DNA of 64,000 nucleotides from Pseudomonadota bacterium (GCA_043823065.1 JBDRBB010000010.1:64001-128000), one strand, 5' to 3'. Shown: positions 18,719 through 28,562, numbered from the stretch's first letter. The notes: generated from the letters alone by a model not told the origin. Program-made: numbers and translations.

Positions 18719-18746
18719 ATCTATAATGTTCTAAAACAAAATCAAC

Positions 18747-19883
18747 TTAAGCTGGATTTAAGACTTGTTCAGGTGTGGCAGATTCAGTGCTTTTTTTTTG
18801 CGAATCTGGATTAAGGTGCAACTCTTTGGTCCTCTTCTTTTCCGCAATAGTTAAGAAAAATACCGCAATTAAAATAAAGGCTAAAGAGACCCAATCCTTG
18901 GATGAAGGAAGTTTACCCCCAAAGAAATACCAAAACAACAAAGTTGCCGTAGTTCCAGCAATTAAAGAAGTTAAGCGATTAACCAGACCAGCAAAAGTTG
19001 CTGTTCTTCCTTTAAACATAAAGATAAAAACTGAAAAGAAAGATACTGCGCCAAAAGCAGTTCCAGCCAGCATGGCCCAGAACCAAACTGAGCTTGGCTC
19101 TAAAATTGCTTCCCTAATCTCTGTAACTTGAGTTACATTCCAACCAAATAAAGTTGGTGAAAAGAAAACCAAAATACCAACAATTAAAATTGTGCCAGCA
19201 GCAGCAAATTGTTCAATAGCAAAAAATGCCTTATTATCTCTTTTTACTCCTCTACCAGCTGTATTTTTATAATAGTTCATGATGTAGATCCGAAAACTAT
19301 AGGCAAAAATATAACTAAGCAAAGTAGCCATAGCCACCACAGATCCCAAAAACTGAAAATCACCTTTACCAGCATAAACAACATGAGCGCCAATTGCCAG
19401 CACGGCAAAGATCACCGCAATATTTTCCTCCAGATAAACTTTCTTTTTTAACAAACCCTGCTGAATTTGAATAGCATCGACAATTCTGCTGATAATAATA
19501 ACTGCACCTCGCATGATAATCATGGCTACCATGACTGAGATTGGTAAAGAATACATGATAGTGGTAGTAGGAATAATGATACCTGTGCAAATACCAGAAG
19601 GAATAATATAAAACATCTCAATAGGGATATTGAAACCAGCGACCCTAACTAGGCGCGCCGACTGGATATGATACCATCTTAAAACTAAAGCAATTAAGGA
19701 AACAAAGGGAACGCTACCAAGAGTGCTGTAAACTAAAAACTCAAATCCTTTTAAACCTGGAAAGCCTTGAGACGCACATCCTAAAAAATATTTAACCGTA
19801 AGACCAGTAATTACATAGAAAATAAAATAAGCAAAACAAAGTTGAAGAAGTTTTTTGGTACTTGTTTCATTTGCAAACCCCAT
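18747..19883 (-). CDS. Uncharacterised polytopic membrane protein (~10 TM, possibly DMT-like transporter)
   Basis: About 10 hydrophobic segments; overlaps the upstream gene. Confidence 0.7.
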   Translation of the reverse strand: MGFANETSTKKLLQLCFAYFIFYVITGLTVKYFLGCASQGFPGLKGFEFLVYSTLGSVPFVSLIALVLRWYHIQSARLVRVAGFNIPIEMFYIIPSGICTGIIIPTTTIMYSLPISVMVAMIIMRGAVIIISRIVDAIQIQQGLLKKKVYLEENIAVIFAVLAIGAHVVYAGKGDFQFLGSVVAMATLLSYIFAYSFRIYIMNYYKNTAGRGVKRDNKAFFAIEQFAAAGTILIVGILVFFSPTLFGWNVTQVTEIREAILEPSSVWFWAMLAGTAFGAVSFFSVFIFMFKGRTATFAGLVNRLTSLIAGTTATLLFWYFFGGKLPSSKDWVSLAFILIAVFFLTIAEKKRTKELHLNPDSQKKSTESATPEQVLNPA

Positions 19884-20607
19884 GGTTGTCTCCTTTCAAT
19901 TCCCACAATTTATCAAGGGCCTTTTTATAACGCGGTCCAAGCACTACAGGATCTTTTGATTCAGGTTCATTATTCATGGTCACAAAAGGAACCTGCACTT
20001 GATTTAGCAAAAGAAAACCTTCCCTTTTTCCTTTGGTTAACTCTGGCCAATCATCTTGTTTGTAAAAACGTTGCATGTCTTCATCTGGAGTTTTATGAGC
20101 TAAAACAGAGAATTTTAATTTTTCAATATATCTAGCTTCATTTCTACGCACAGATTCTTCGCCAGAAACTTCAATATAAAGAATGGCTGATTTTTTTAGA
20201 ACCTTTGAGGAAAAAATATTTAAAGCCGGTGCATACGGTTTTTCTCCACCTCGCGAAAATTCAATAAGTAGAGTATGCATGTTATAAAATTGATTGTTAG
20301 CAAGATAGGTTTTTTCTATTTTCTGATTTATTTTTTCCAAAAGAAAATCAAAAAGAATTGCGTCTTTCAAAGCATAAGCATGCCCAGATCGTTTGGAATG
20401 AAATCTTGGTTGGCCCAGCTTTTCCCAGATATTGTCTTCTTCAAATTTTTCCCAAAGCCAGACAAAATCATCCAAAATCTTAAGTTGGTTAATATGAAAT
20501 TCTTGGGAGCGTTTTTCATCAGAGATGGATTTCATAAAATCCAAGAACTCTGATTTACCACAAGCTGGACGACCTAAAACAAATAAATGGTCAAAACTAT
20601 TTATCAC
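19867..20607 (-). CDS. P-loop NTPase/kinase-like protein, paralog 2
   Basis: LGRPACGKSE Walker A; shares DDFVWLWEKFEEDNIWEKLGQ with its neighbour. Confidence 0.75.
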   Translation of the reverse strand: MINSFDHLFVLGRPACGKSEFLDFMKSISDEKRSQEFHINQLKILDDFVWLWEKFEEDNIWEKLGQPRFHSKRSGHAYALKDAILFDFLLEKINQKIEKTYLANNQFYNMHTLLIEFSRGGEKPYAPALNIFSSKVLKKSAILYIEVSGEESVRRNEARYIEKLKFSVLAHKTPDEDMQRFYKQDDWPELTKGKREGFLLLNQVQVPFVTMNNEPESKDPVVLGPRYKKALDKLWELKGDNHGVCK

Positions 20608-21322
20608 TATAAATCTCCATTAATTTTTGAAATGCTGGGAAATATCTTTCATCAAATTCTTCTGGCTTAATTACTTCTGGCATATTGTTAACTGTCACAA
20701 AAGGAACTTTTACAGAATTGGCGGTTAAATAACCATATTCATTGTTTGCAGAAACTTGGGCCCAATCATCTTCAAGGTAGAACATATCCATTGTTTCACG
20801 GGGAACCATGTGGGCTAGAATAGAGTGTTTAAGTTTTTCTTGATAACGCGCTACATTTTTTCGCCAGGACTCTTCAAAAGTAACAGAAAGATACATGATA
20901 GCAGCTCTCTTTAAAATTTCCGGAGAGAGCTGGTTTAGGGAATATTCATAACCATGGCCTGTTCCTCTGGCAAATTCAATAAACAAAGTGTGATCATTAT
21001 AAAATTCAGGTCGACTTAAATAGCGCTTGGCTGTTTCCAGGTTAAAACGCTCAATCATAAAATCAAACAACCTACCGTCAGTTAATCCATAATCATTTCC
21101 AGTTCTAAAAGAATAAAGACGTTTTTGTCCTAATTTTTCCCAAATATTATCTTCTTCAAATTTTTCCCAGATCCAGACAAAATCATCAATAGCCTCAAAA
21201 TTGCCAATGTGGAAACGTTCTTGACGTTGTTCTTTAGAGGTTTTTTCAAGAAAATCAATAAGTTCGGATTTACCAGAAGCAGGGCGGCCAAGAAGCAAAA
21301 TATGATCAAAAGTTTTAGGCAT
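20597..21322 (-). CDS. P-loop NTPase/kinase-like protein, paralog 1
   Basis: LGRPASGKSE Walker A, IEFARG, NMP-kinase-like layout. Confidence 0.75.
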   Translation of the reverse strand: MPKTFDHILLLGRPASGKSELIDFLEKTSKEQRQERFHIGNFEAIDDFVWIWEKFEEDNIWEKLGQKRLYSFRTGNDYGLTDGRLFDFMIERFNLETAKRYLSRPEFYNDHTLFIEFARGTGHGYEYSLNQLSPEILKRAAIMYLSVTFEESWRKNVARYQEKLKHSILAHMVPRETMDMFYLEDDWAQVSANNEYGYLTANSVKVPFVTVNNMPEVIKPEEFDERYFPAFQKLMEIYSDK

Positions 21323-21394
21323 AAAGAGCTCCTTTCTAGGCCCTAGGCATAAAACGTCACTTGCTATCTGTCAAGCAATGCTTAAATTTTAAAA

Positions 21395-22360
21395 TTACTG
21401 TGAAGGTATAGTTTCAATATAGGTGCGATAAAAAGTAACTCCACCTGGAACAACTTCTTCAATGGATTTATTCAAACTTTTGATAACCTGTTGCACAGCA
21501 TCATAGTTAGCATCACTGGTTAAGGCCAAATCTGTTACATTATATAAATCATATAGAGCTTGGCGACCATCAGATGTGCGTGCCAATTGCATTAAGGCAC
21601 CAACCAATTTGGCCTTGATAGTATCTGGCAAATCATGGCGCAGGGCCACTGGTCCATTGGGTATTTCATCAGTTAGCGCAATTACTTTTAGCTTAGTCAT
21701 TATGTCTGGATATTTATTTAACAATTCGGCCCGAGCATCTCTTTCCACTCCTGTTCTAGTTGGTTTAGTGTGATAAACCGCAGCTACATCTGCTTCGCCA
21801 GCATACAATCTTTCAATGGCATCAAGATGTCCTTTGGCAAAAGTTGTATTGCCTGGATTGATATTATTATCTTTAAAAAACTTTAAGGCATATAGATATC
21901 CGCTGGCTGAATATGGATCAGCAAAAACAACTTTTTTGCCATCAAGATTGGCAACAGTTTCTATCCCACTATCTACACGCACTAAAAGTTCGCCACGATA
22001 ATTTTTATAAATATCGCCATAAACTGTGATTAAATGAGCCTGAGTCTTGGCCCAATCTCTGGCTAGTAAAAAACCTAAGGTATTCATAAAGGCAATATCA
22101 GCTTTATCTTGGCCAAACGCTTTAACAATGCTTAAAAAATCCTTGGCATTTACAGCCTCTATTTTAAGCCCGGTAGCCTTTTCCAGAAAATCAACAATTA
22201 CAGCTTCATTTTTCTTTACCACTTCATCTTGCTTTAGCGGCATAAAATAAAAACGCACGGGATTATCTATGCTACCTATTTCGCCCTTTCTTTTTTTACA
22301 GCTAATACCAATTGTGCCCATTAAACAAATTGCTACCAATAAAGTAATGATTTTTTTCAT
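21395..22360 (-). CDS. Phosphate/phosphonate-type substrate-binding lipoprotein (PhnD-like)
   Basis: Lipobox ISC, FADPYSASGYLY, EIPNGPVALR. Confidence 0.8.
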   Translation of the reverse strand: MKKIITLLVAICLMGTIGISCKKRKGEIGSIDNPVRFYFMPLKQDEVVKKNEAVIVDFLEKATGLKIEAVNAKDFLSIVKAFGQDKADIAFMNTLGFLLARDWAKTQAHLITVYGDIYKNYRGELLVRVDSGIETVANLDGKKVVFADPYSASGYLYALKFFKDNNINPGNTTFAKGHLDAIERLYAGEADVAAVYHTKPTRTGVERDARAELLNKYPDIMTKLKVIALTDEIPNGPVALRHDLPDTIKAKLVGALMQLARTSDGRQALYDLYNVTDLALTSDANYDAVQQVIKSLNKSIEEVVPGGVTFYRTYIETIPSQ

Positions 22361-22564
22361 ATTTACCCCCTAAGCCAAACACTGTAGCAACTTTGCTATT
22401 TGTAAGCAACTTTTTCTGAATATTATTCATAAATAATATCTAAAAAAAGGGGGCGATTGATAATCTGAGCTATACCCTTAACTATATTAATGAAATAACA
22501 CCCCTGATGCAGGGTTTTTTCTTGATATATTTTTCATTGCCATTCATGCTTCGACAAGCTCAGT

Positions 22565-23998
22565 ATGAACAAAAATATTTTCAAAAAAATACCAGGTGCT
22601 CCTGATCTTATTTTCAAAGATGATGAACGTATAGAAACTTACCGCGAAGATACCATGATGCGCGGCGATCCAGAGGCTGTGTTGCGTGCCCGCGATGAGC
22701 ACGATGTTAAAGAAGCTCTTATCTTCTGTAATCAAAACAAAATTCCCCTTACTTTCTGCGCCTCGCAAACTTCCATGACCGGCGCTTCAGTAGCCAAACA
22801 AGGTCTGTTGCTGAGCATTGAAAAATTAGAAGGCGTGATGGATATTCATAAATTTCAAAAACGGTATTGTGTAACAGTTAAACCTGGAACTGTTGTGGCT
22901 GATCTACAACAAACTGTGGCTCAGGCTGGTTTTTTTTATCCGATTGCCCCGACTTCACGCGATGAATGTCGAATTGGCGGCAATGTTTCCACCAATGCGA
23001 CTGGCGAAGACTCATTTAAATACGGGGCCTTGCGCAAATATGTCAGAAGGTTGTGCCTTATTTTAGCTAATGGTTCAGAAAAGGTCTTAGAAAGAAATCC
23101 TCAAGAAACATCTATTATAGATGAAAATTTTGGAGGCTATTTGACAAACTGGCAAAATCCTTTGGATCTAATTATTGGGTCAGAGGGAACTTTGGCTTAT
23201 ATTGCTGAAATTACTTTAGAGCTTTTGCCTCCTAGCCCAGATTTTTTCTCTGCCCTAATTCCTTTTAATTTTAATCAAAAAGGTTTGGAATTCCTGCTTT
23301 CTAAAATTCAAAACAAAACCAAACAAATACGCACCTTGGAATTTATCGACCAAGGCGCTTATCAAGCCATGAAAACTGCTGATGGATTTAATGAATTTCC
23401 AGAAGAAGTCCAGGCTTTGGTATATTACAAAACAGAGTATAATGATGATCAAGATAAACAAACAGAGTTGGAAAAATTATATCAAACTGCTTTAGAATTT
23501 TGTCCAAAAACACTTTTAGATAAAATCTTGGTTGCAGACACACCTAAACAAAAAGAACAGTTTCGCCTGTGGCGCCACCGGATTCCAGAATGGGCTAATG
23601 AACAAGGGCATGCGTATTGGCCAAATGGCGGCGGAAAAGTTGGCAGTGATTGGTGGGTGCCCACCAAGCATCTTTTGGAAATGATGAAGTTCTTCTACGA
23701 ACAAGCAAAGGCAAGCAATTTACCTCATATGGCTTATGCCCACTTGGGCAGGGGCCATCCTCATACCAATTTAATTGCCCGCAACGCGCAAGAAAAACAA
23801 AAAGCAGAACAAGTTTTGCTAAATTGCTGCCAAAAAGCAGTTGAGCTTGGCGGTGGAGTTGCTGGCGAACATGGGCTAGGTAAATTACATACTAATTTAT
23901 TACCCATTCAATATTCCAAAAACATAATTGAAAAAATGCGAGCCTGGAAAAAAGAATATGATCCTAATTGGATCCTTGGAATAGGCAATATATTTTAG
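22565..23998 (+). CDS. FAD-binding oxidoreductase, GlcD/D-2-hydroxyacid dehydrogenase family
   Basis: IGGNVSTNATG, IGSEGTL, GEHGLGK. Confidence 0.88.
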   Translation: MNKNIFKKIPGAPDLIFKDDERIETYREDTMMRGDPEAVLRARDEHDVKEALIFCNQNKIPLTFCASQTSMTGASVAKQGLLLSIEKLEGVMDIHKFQKRYCVTVKPGTVVADLQQTVAQAGFFYPIAPTSRDECRIGGNVSTNATGEDSFKYGALRKYVRRLCLILANGSEKVLERNPQETSIIDENFGGYLTNWQNPLDLIIGSEGTLAYIAEITLELLPPSPDFFSALIPFNFNQKGLEFLLSKIQNKTKQIRTLEFIDQGAYQAMKTADGFNEFPEEVQALVYYKTEYNDDQDKQTELEKLYQTALEFCPKTLLDKILVADTPKQKEQFRLWRHRIPEWANEQGHAYWPNGGGKVGSDWWVPTKHLLEMMKFFYEQAKASNLPHMAYAHLGRGHPHTNLIARNAQEKQKAEQVLLNCCQKAVELGGGVAGEHGLGKLHTNLLPIQYSKNIIEKMRAWKKEYDPNWILGIGNIF

Positions 23999-24013
23999 TA
24001 TGATAGGCAAACT

Positions 24014-26146
24014 ATGTTAAAACGTTTTATTTATATCATTATTCTTTGTTTGTTTGCCCTGATAATTGCTTTAGGTCTTTCCAAAATCAAAGCCTTTGAA
24101 AGCTTTGAACAATGGACCTTTGATTTAAGGCAAATTGCCTTTGCTCCTGCCACAGAAATTAGTGAAGATATTGTCATGGTCTGGCTAGATGAAAACACTA
24201 TGCAAACCTTGCCTTATCGTTCGCCTGTGCCTCGTGATTTTTTGGCTCAACTTAATAACCATTTAATTGAAGCAAAACCAAAACTTATTGCTTATGATAT
24301 TTTTCTAAAAGATCCTTCATTTGCTCAAGCTGATCAAATGCTGGCTGCAAGCCTAAAACAATGGCCAACTTATGCTGTTGTACCCATGCGTATTGGCGGG
24401 TGTGGCTCACCCCCTCCCAACATCCCCCTTGAGGGGGCAAACAGTGCCCCTCCCTTGAGGGGAGGGGATAAAGGGGAGGGTGACCAGAATAACTGTGTGG
24501 ATTTACCTTTCCCTCTATTCCATAACTCCCTTAAAGGCATCGGTCTAGCAGATCTGCCCTTTAATGCCTTTGATTCTGTAGTTCGTCAGACCCAATTTGA
24601 ATTTAAAACTGACCTGGGCCAAACCCCTACTCTTGCAGCCTTGCTTTATGAAAAAGTTTCTGGCCAAACTGCCAGCCAACTTATTCAAGAAAAAAAATTG
24701 TGGCCAGGATTTGGTCCCTTTAGTTTAACTCCATTTCTTGCTGATTCAAATAAAACTTATATCCGGTTTGCTGGCCCGCCAAGCACAATGGGCGGCTCTG
24801 AAAACAAGTTTAAAGTTTTTCCAGCAATTTTAGCAGCCAAAGGTTTGATACCCAAGGCTTGGTTAAAAGATAAAATTGTTTTGGTTGGCGCAGCTTACGC
24901 AGATTTAGAGGATGCCTTTCTCACTCCTTATTTTGCCAAGTTCACTTATTTTGCGCGCATGAATGGTGTAGAAATCCACGCTAATATTTTATCCAGCTTA
25001 CTTACCAAACAATTTTATTTTACCTTAACGCTTTGTCAGCTCTGGCTAAGCATTGCTCTTCTGATTTTTATCATCACAACTTTTACCACTACTTTGCCTC
25101 TATTAAAGTCTGGCTTAATCTTTTTAGGTTTGGTGTTTGGCTGGCTTTTCTTAGCTATGTTTAGTTTTAAATCTTCTGGCATTATCTTGCCCGTTGTTTT
25201 GCCTTTGGCTGCTGCTTTGGTAAGTTATGGTTTGGCCATTGCGTGGCGCGCCTTAACTGAAGGTCGGCAACGTCGTTGGTTAAAAGGAGTGTTTGCCCAA
25301 TATGTGCCTCCAACCGTAGTTGAACAAATGACCAAAAATCCCAGCCTGGTTAGATTAGGCGGTGACAAGCGCCAAGTAACCAGCCTGTTTTCTGATATTG
25401 CCTCTTTTACTTCTATTTCCGAAAAAATGGATCCACCAACGTTAGTAAAATTCCTAAATGAATATTTAAGCTTGATGAATGAAATTTTGTTTCGTTATGA
25501 AGGAACCATAGATAAGTATGAAGGTGATGCTATCATTGCTTTTTTTAACGCTCCTCTGGAAGTGGCCAATCACGAATTAAAAGCGGTCAACACTGCCTTG
25601 GAAATTCAAGCTGCTAGTTTGGAAATAACTAAAAAGTGGCAACAAACATTAGGCTTTCCCATTATCACCAGAATCGGCCTAAATACAGGACCTGCTGTAG
25701 TGGGCAATATGGGCTCCCAAGATCGTTTTGATTACACTGCTATTGGCGATACCATAAATCTGGCCTCACGATTAGAAGGTACAAATAAGTTTTATGGCAC
25801 CAAGATTATGGCTTCAGAAATGACAGTTGCAAAACTTGATCATAGTATAATTTCCAGACCAATTGATCGAGTGCGAGTTAAAGGTAAATCTCAACCAATC
25901 TTGCTGCATGAAATCATGGGTAAAAAAATTAGCGAAGATGCTGATCAGCTTTTAAAACTTTCTCTTGCCTTTACCCAGGCTTTTATTAAATTTGAAGAAA
26001 GACAATTTGCAGAAAGCAAAAAAATATTAGCAGAATTACAAACTAAACATAAAGATGATGGACCAACTAAGGAATTGTTGGGAAGAATAACAAAAGCTGA
26101 ACAAGATCCAGCTTGGAATCTGGTTACAAATTTGGAGGCCAAATGA
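24014..26146 (+). CDS. CHASE2-domain class III adenylate/guanylate cyclase
   Basis: CHASE2 (GVEIHAN), 3 TMs, FSDIASFT, DKYEGDA, YTAIGDTINLASRLEG. Confidence 0.92.
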   Translation: MLKRFIYIIILCLFALIIALGLSKIKAFESFEQWTFDLRQIAFAPATEISEDIVMVWLDENTMQTLPYRSPVPRDFLAQLNNHLIEAKPKLIAYDIFLKDPSFAQADQMLAASLKQWPTYAVVPMRIGGCGSPPPNIPLEGANSAPPLRGGDKGEGDQNNCVDLPFPLFHNSLKGIGLADLPFNAFDSVVRQTQFEFKTDLGQTPTLAALLYEKVSGQTASQLIQEKKLWPGFGPFSLTPFLADSNKTYIRFAGPPSTMGGSENKFKVFPAILAAKGLIPKAWLKDKIVLVGAAYADLEDAFLTPYFAKFTYFARMNGVEIHANILSSLLTKQFYFTLTLCQLWLSIALLIFIITTFTTTLPLLKSGLIFLGLVFGWLFLAMFSFKSSGIILPVVLPLAAALVSYGLAIAWRALTEGRQRRWLKGVFAQYVPPTVVEQMTKNPSLVRLGGDKRQVTSLFSDIASFTSISEKMDPPTLVKFLNEYLSLMNEILFRYEGTIDKYEGDAIIAFFNAPLEVANHELKAVNTALEIQAASLEITKKWQQTLGFPIITRIGLNTGPAVVGNMGSQDRFDYTAIGDTINLASRLEGTNKFYGTKIMASEMTVAKLDHSIISRPIDRVRVKGKSQPILLHEIMGKKISEDADQLLKLSLAFTQAFIKFEERQFAESKKILAELQTKHKDDGPTKELLGRITKAEQDPAWNLVTNLEAK
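24407..24483. repeat. REP-like palindrome inserted in frame in the CHASE2 domain
   Basis: tcaccccctccc...cccctcccttgaggggagggg...ggggagggtga, GC-rich against an AT-rich gene. Confidence 0.75.
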
Positions 26147-27087
26147 AAACATTATTAATCACATTATTATTATGTCTTAGCACCAGCTTGGCTCAGGCTT
26201 CTGCAGTCATTATCGATGCCAAAGGAAAGATTTCTATTAAAACCTCTGATAAAAAAAGTGTTCCTGCCCAAATTGGCCAGGAACTTCCAGATGGCACTCA
26301 AATTAATCCAGAAAAAAATTCCAGCATTTCTATCATGCTTAGCAATGGCACTATTGCTGAAATTGCCAGCGGACAAAAATATACAGTAGGCAAACCTGGT
26401 AAAGCCAAACAAGAGACTACAGTTATTCAAGGCTTGGCCTTAGCCATGAATGAAGCCACAGCTACTGGCGCTCAGCCAACAGTACATGGCATGGTCAAGA
26501 TGACTACACTTGGGCCTGGTGCGCCAGAACCAGTGGTGGATTCAGCTGGCCCTGGTGGAGATCTACGCGCTGAATACCCGCTAAATATTGCTTTGATTTT
26601 GCCAGAAGCAATTGATTTTAGCTGGAACAAAGATGCTAAAATAGATTTCCCCAATCCAGTTTTGGTGATTGAAGATGAGCAAAAAAAGCAACTCTTAGTA
26701 AAGAATGTTGATCAAAAATCTTCTAGTCTTAAAATAAACTCCCATATTTCCAAATTTCAACCAGGTCAAAACTATAGCTGGTATTTTGCCTCTCAGACCA
26801 AAGGACAAATTCAAGGAAAAACTAGACGCTTTAATTTTTCCCTACTTTCCAGAGCAGCTGAACAAAAATTAAAATCAGATTTAAGGGAAATTGAAAAAAT
26901 GAATATTTCTAAATCTGGCCAAGATTTTCTAATGGCTCAACTTTATTTTCGCGCTAAGATGTATGATAAAATGGTAGAAAAGTTACTGCCTTTATGGGAA
27001 CAAAACAAAACTGATTTGCTGAAAAAAGAATTGTTTTTAGGCTATCACCGCTTGGGCAAACCAAGCGAAGCTGCTAAATATCAATGA
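26143..27087 (+). CDS. Secreted FecR-like/Ig-like/TPR partner protein
   Basis: Signal peptide, FecR-like N-terminal beta strands, ATGA overlap with the cyclase. Confidence 0.65.
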   Translation: MKTLLITLLLCLSTSLAQASAVIIDAKGKISIKTSDKKSVPAQIGQELPDGTQINPEKNSSISIMLSNGTIAEIASGQKYTVGKPGKAKQETTVIQGLALAMNEATATGAQPTVHGMVKMTTLGPGAPEPVVDSAGPGGDLRAEYPLNIALILPEAIDFSWNKDAKIDFPNPVLVIEDEQKKQLLVKNVDQKSSSLKINSHISKFQPGQNYSWYFASQTKGQIQGKTRRFNFSLLSRAAEQKLKSDLREIEKMNISKSGQDFLMAQLYFRAKMYDKMVEKLLPLWEQNKTDLLKKELFLGYHRLGKPSEAAKYQ

Positions 27088-27659
27088 TTGTTTAGAGAAT
27101 ACCTTATCGCAATGGTAATGGGCTGAGGATAAAAAGGGAGAGGGCTGCTTCTGGAAATTGTTTTTAAGGCAGCTTGGTCTAAAATATCATGTCCGCAAGA
27201 ACGCACTAAACTAACATTATCTACCTCTCCATTTAAATTAATATTAAAAGAAACCTTGGGGTTTCCTTCCAAACCACTTTGCCTAGCTATTTCCGGATAA
27301 TATTTTTTGCGATTAATCTTTTGCCAAATTTCAACTAAACGCTGATCTCCTGAACCTTGACCTGATCCACCCAAACTACCTGAGCCTCCAGAGTATTGGC
27401 CTGAACCATTGCCGCTATCTGCATCCTGACTTGAATCTGAATCTTTTTTGTCATCGCGAGGAGGCTGAAGACCGACGTGGCGATCCCGACTAATTATTTT
27501 ACCTGCACTTGCATTTCCTCCTGGCCCCACAATCCCTACTTCTACTAAACCAGTTCCTCCTCCTGGAATAACTTTATATAGAGACCAGCCTATAACACTG
27601 CCTAGTCCAATAAGATGAATAATAAAAGAAATTGCTAAAGCATAACCAATATTTTTCAT
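27081..27659 (-). CDS. tonB: Energy transducer TonB
   Basis: TM with S..IH, Gly/Ser linker, YPEIARQSGLEG...LDQAAL C-terminal domain. Confidence 0.85.
   Translation of the reverse strand: MKNIGYALAISFIIHLIGLGSVIGWSLYKVIPGGGTGLVEVGIVGPGGNASAGKIISRDRHVGLQPPRDDKKDSDSSQDADSGNGSGQYSGGSGSLGGSGQGSGDQRLVEIWQKINRKKYYPEIARQSGLEGNPKVSFNINLNGEVDNVSLVRSCGHDILDQAALKTISRSSPLPFYPQPITIAIRYSLNNH
27450..27487. repeat. Half REP-like element inserted in frame in the tonB linker
   Basis: gtcatcgcgagga...gacgtggcgatc; same family as 62657-62737. Confidence 0.65.
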
Positions 27660-27661
27660 AA

Positions 27662-27788
27662 AAATTACAATAACCAAGATACAAGATACAAACAAATTCC
27701 AAATTTCAAAATACAAACTCCTATATAAGATAATTGGAATTTGGTAATTGTGATTTGTTTGGTTATTGCGTCTTGGTTATTGGTTATT
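27662..27788. repeat. Inverted array of degenerate heptamers
   Basis: caataaccaagatacaa... paired with ...ttgcgtcttggttattg. Confidence 0.65.
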
Positions 27789-28562
27789 GCCTCCATAGGG
27801 CACATAATAAGGCATCCCGGTTAAATCGTTTACACCAACATATACTTCAGTATCAAAAACCTGTTTTATATTTTTATAGGTCACTACATCCTGTGGCCGC
27901 CCATCAACAACAATTTTGCCCTGCTGTAAAAAAATTATCCGATCACAAAATGTTGTAGCTAAATTAATATCGTGCATAACTGTTACAATTGTGAGTTCTT
28001 GGTTTTTATTTCTTTTTTTAACCAGATTATAAACATCCATTTGATGCTTAATATCCAAATGTGCGGTTGGTTCATCTAATAATAAAATTTTGGGCTGCTG
28101 AGCCAAAGCCCGGGCTACGATCACTCTTTGTCTTTCACCCCCTGACAGCTCATTAATCGAACGTTTGGCAAACTGCCAAACATCGGTTTCTTGCATAACT
28201 TGTTTGGCAAGTTCAATATCTTGTTTGGATTCAAAACCAAACCTAGACAAAAAAGGCGCTCGACCCATGAGCACAACTTCCATTACAGAAAAAGAAAATG
28301 GTATCTCGCTTACTTGTGGCACAACTGCAATTTGCTTGGCACGTTGTTGAAAAGAAAATTGTAAAATATCTTTTTCTGCCAACAAAACCTTGCCGCGCTT
28401 AGGCACAAGCGTGCCTGCCATAAGTTTAAGCAAAGTTGTTTTGCCAGAACCATTAGGACCAAGGATGCCAATGAATTCACCATCACTAACATTTAGAGAA
28501 ATATTGTTTAATATCGTTGTGGCTTCATCGTAAGAAAAAAATATGTTTTGCAAATCAATCAT
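27777..28562 (-). CDS. Cobalamin/iron-siderophore ABC transporter ATPase (BtuD/FepC-like)
   Basis: GPNGSGKT, LSGGERQR, LLLDEPTAHLD. Confidence 0.92.
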   Translation of the reverse strand: MIDLQNIFFSYDEATTILNNISLNVSDGEFIGILGPNGSGKTTLLKLMAGTLVPKRGKVLLAEKDILQFSFQQRAKQIAVVPQVSEIPFSFSVMEVVLMGRAPFLSRFGFESKQDIELAKQVMQETDVWQFAKRSINELSGGERQRVIVARALAQQPKILLLDEPTAHLDIKHQMDVYNLVKKRNKNQELTIVTVMHDINLATTFCDRIIFLQQGKIVVDGRPQDVVTYKNIKQVFDTEVYVGVNDLTGMPYYVPYGGNNQ

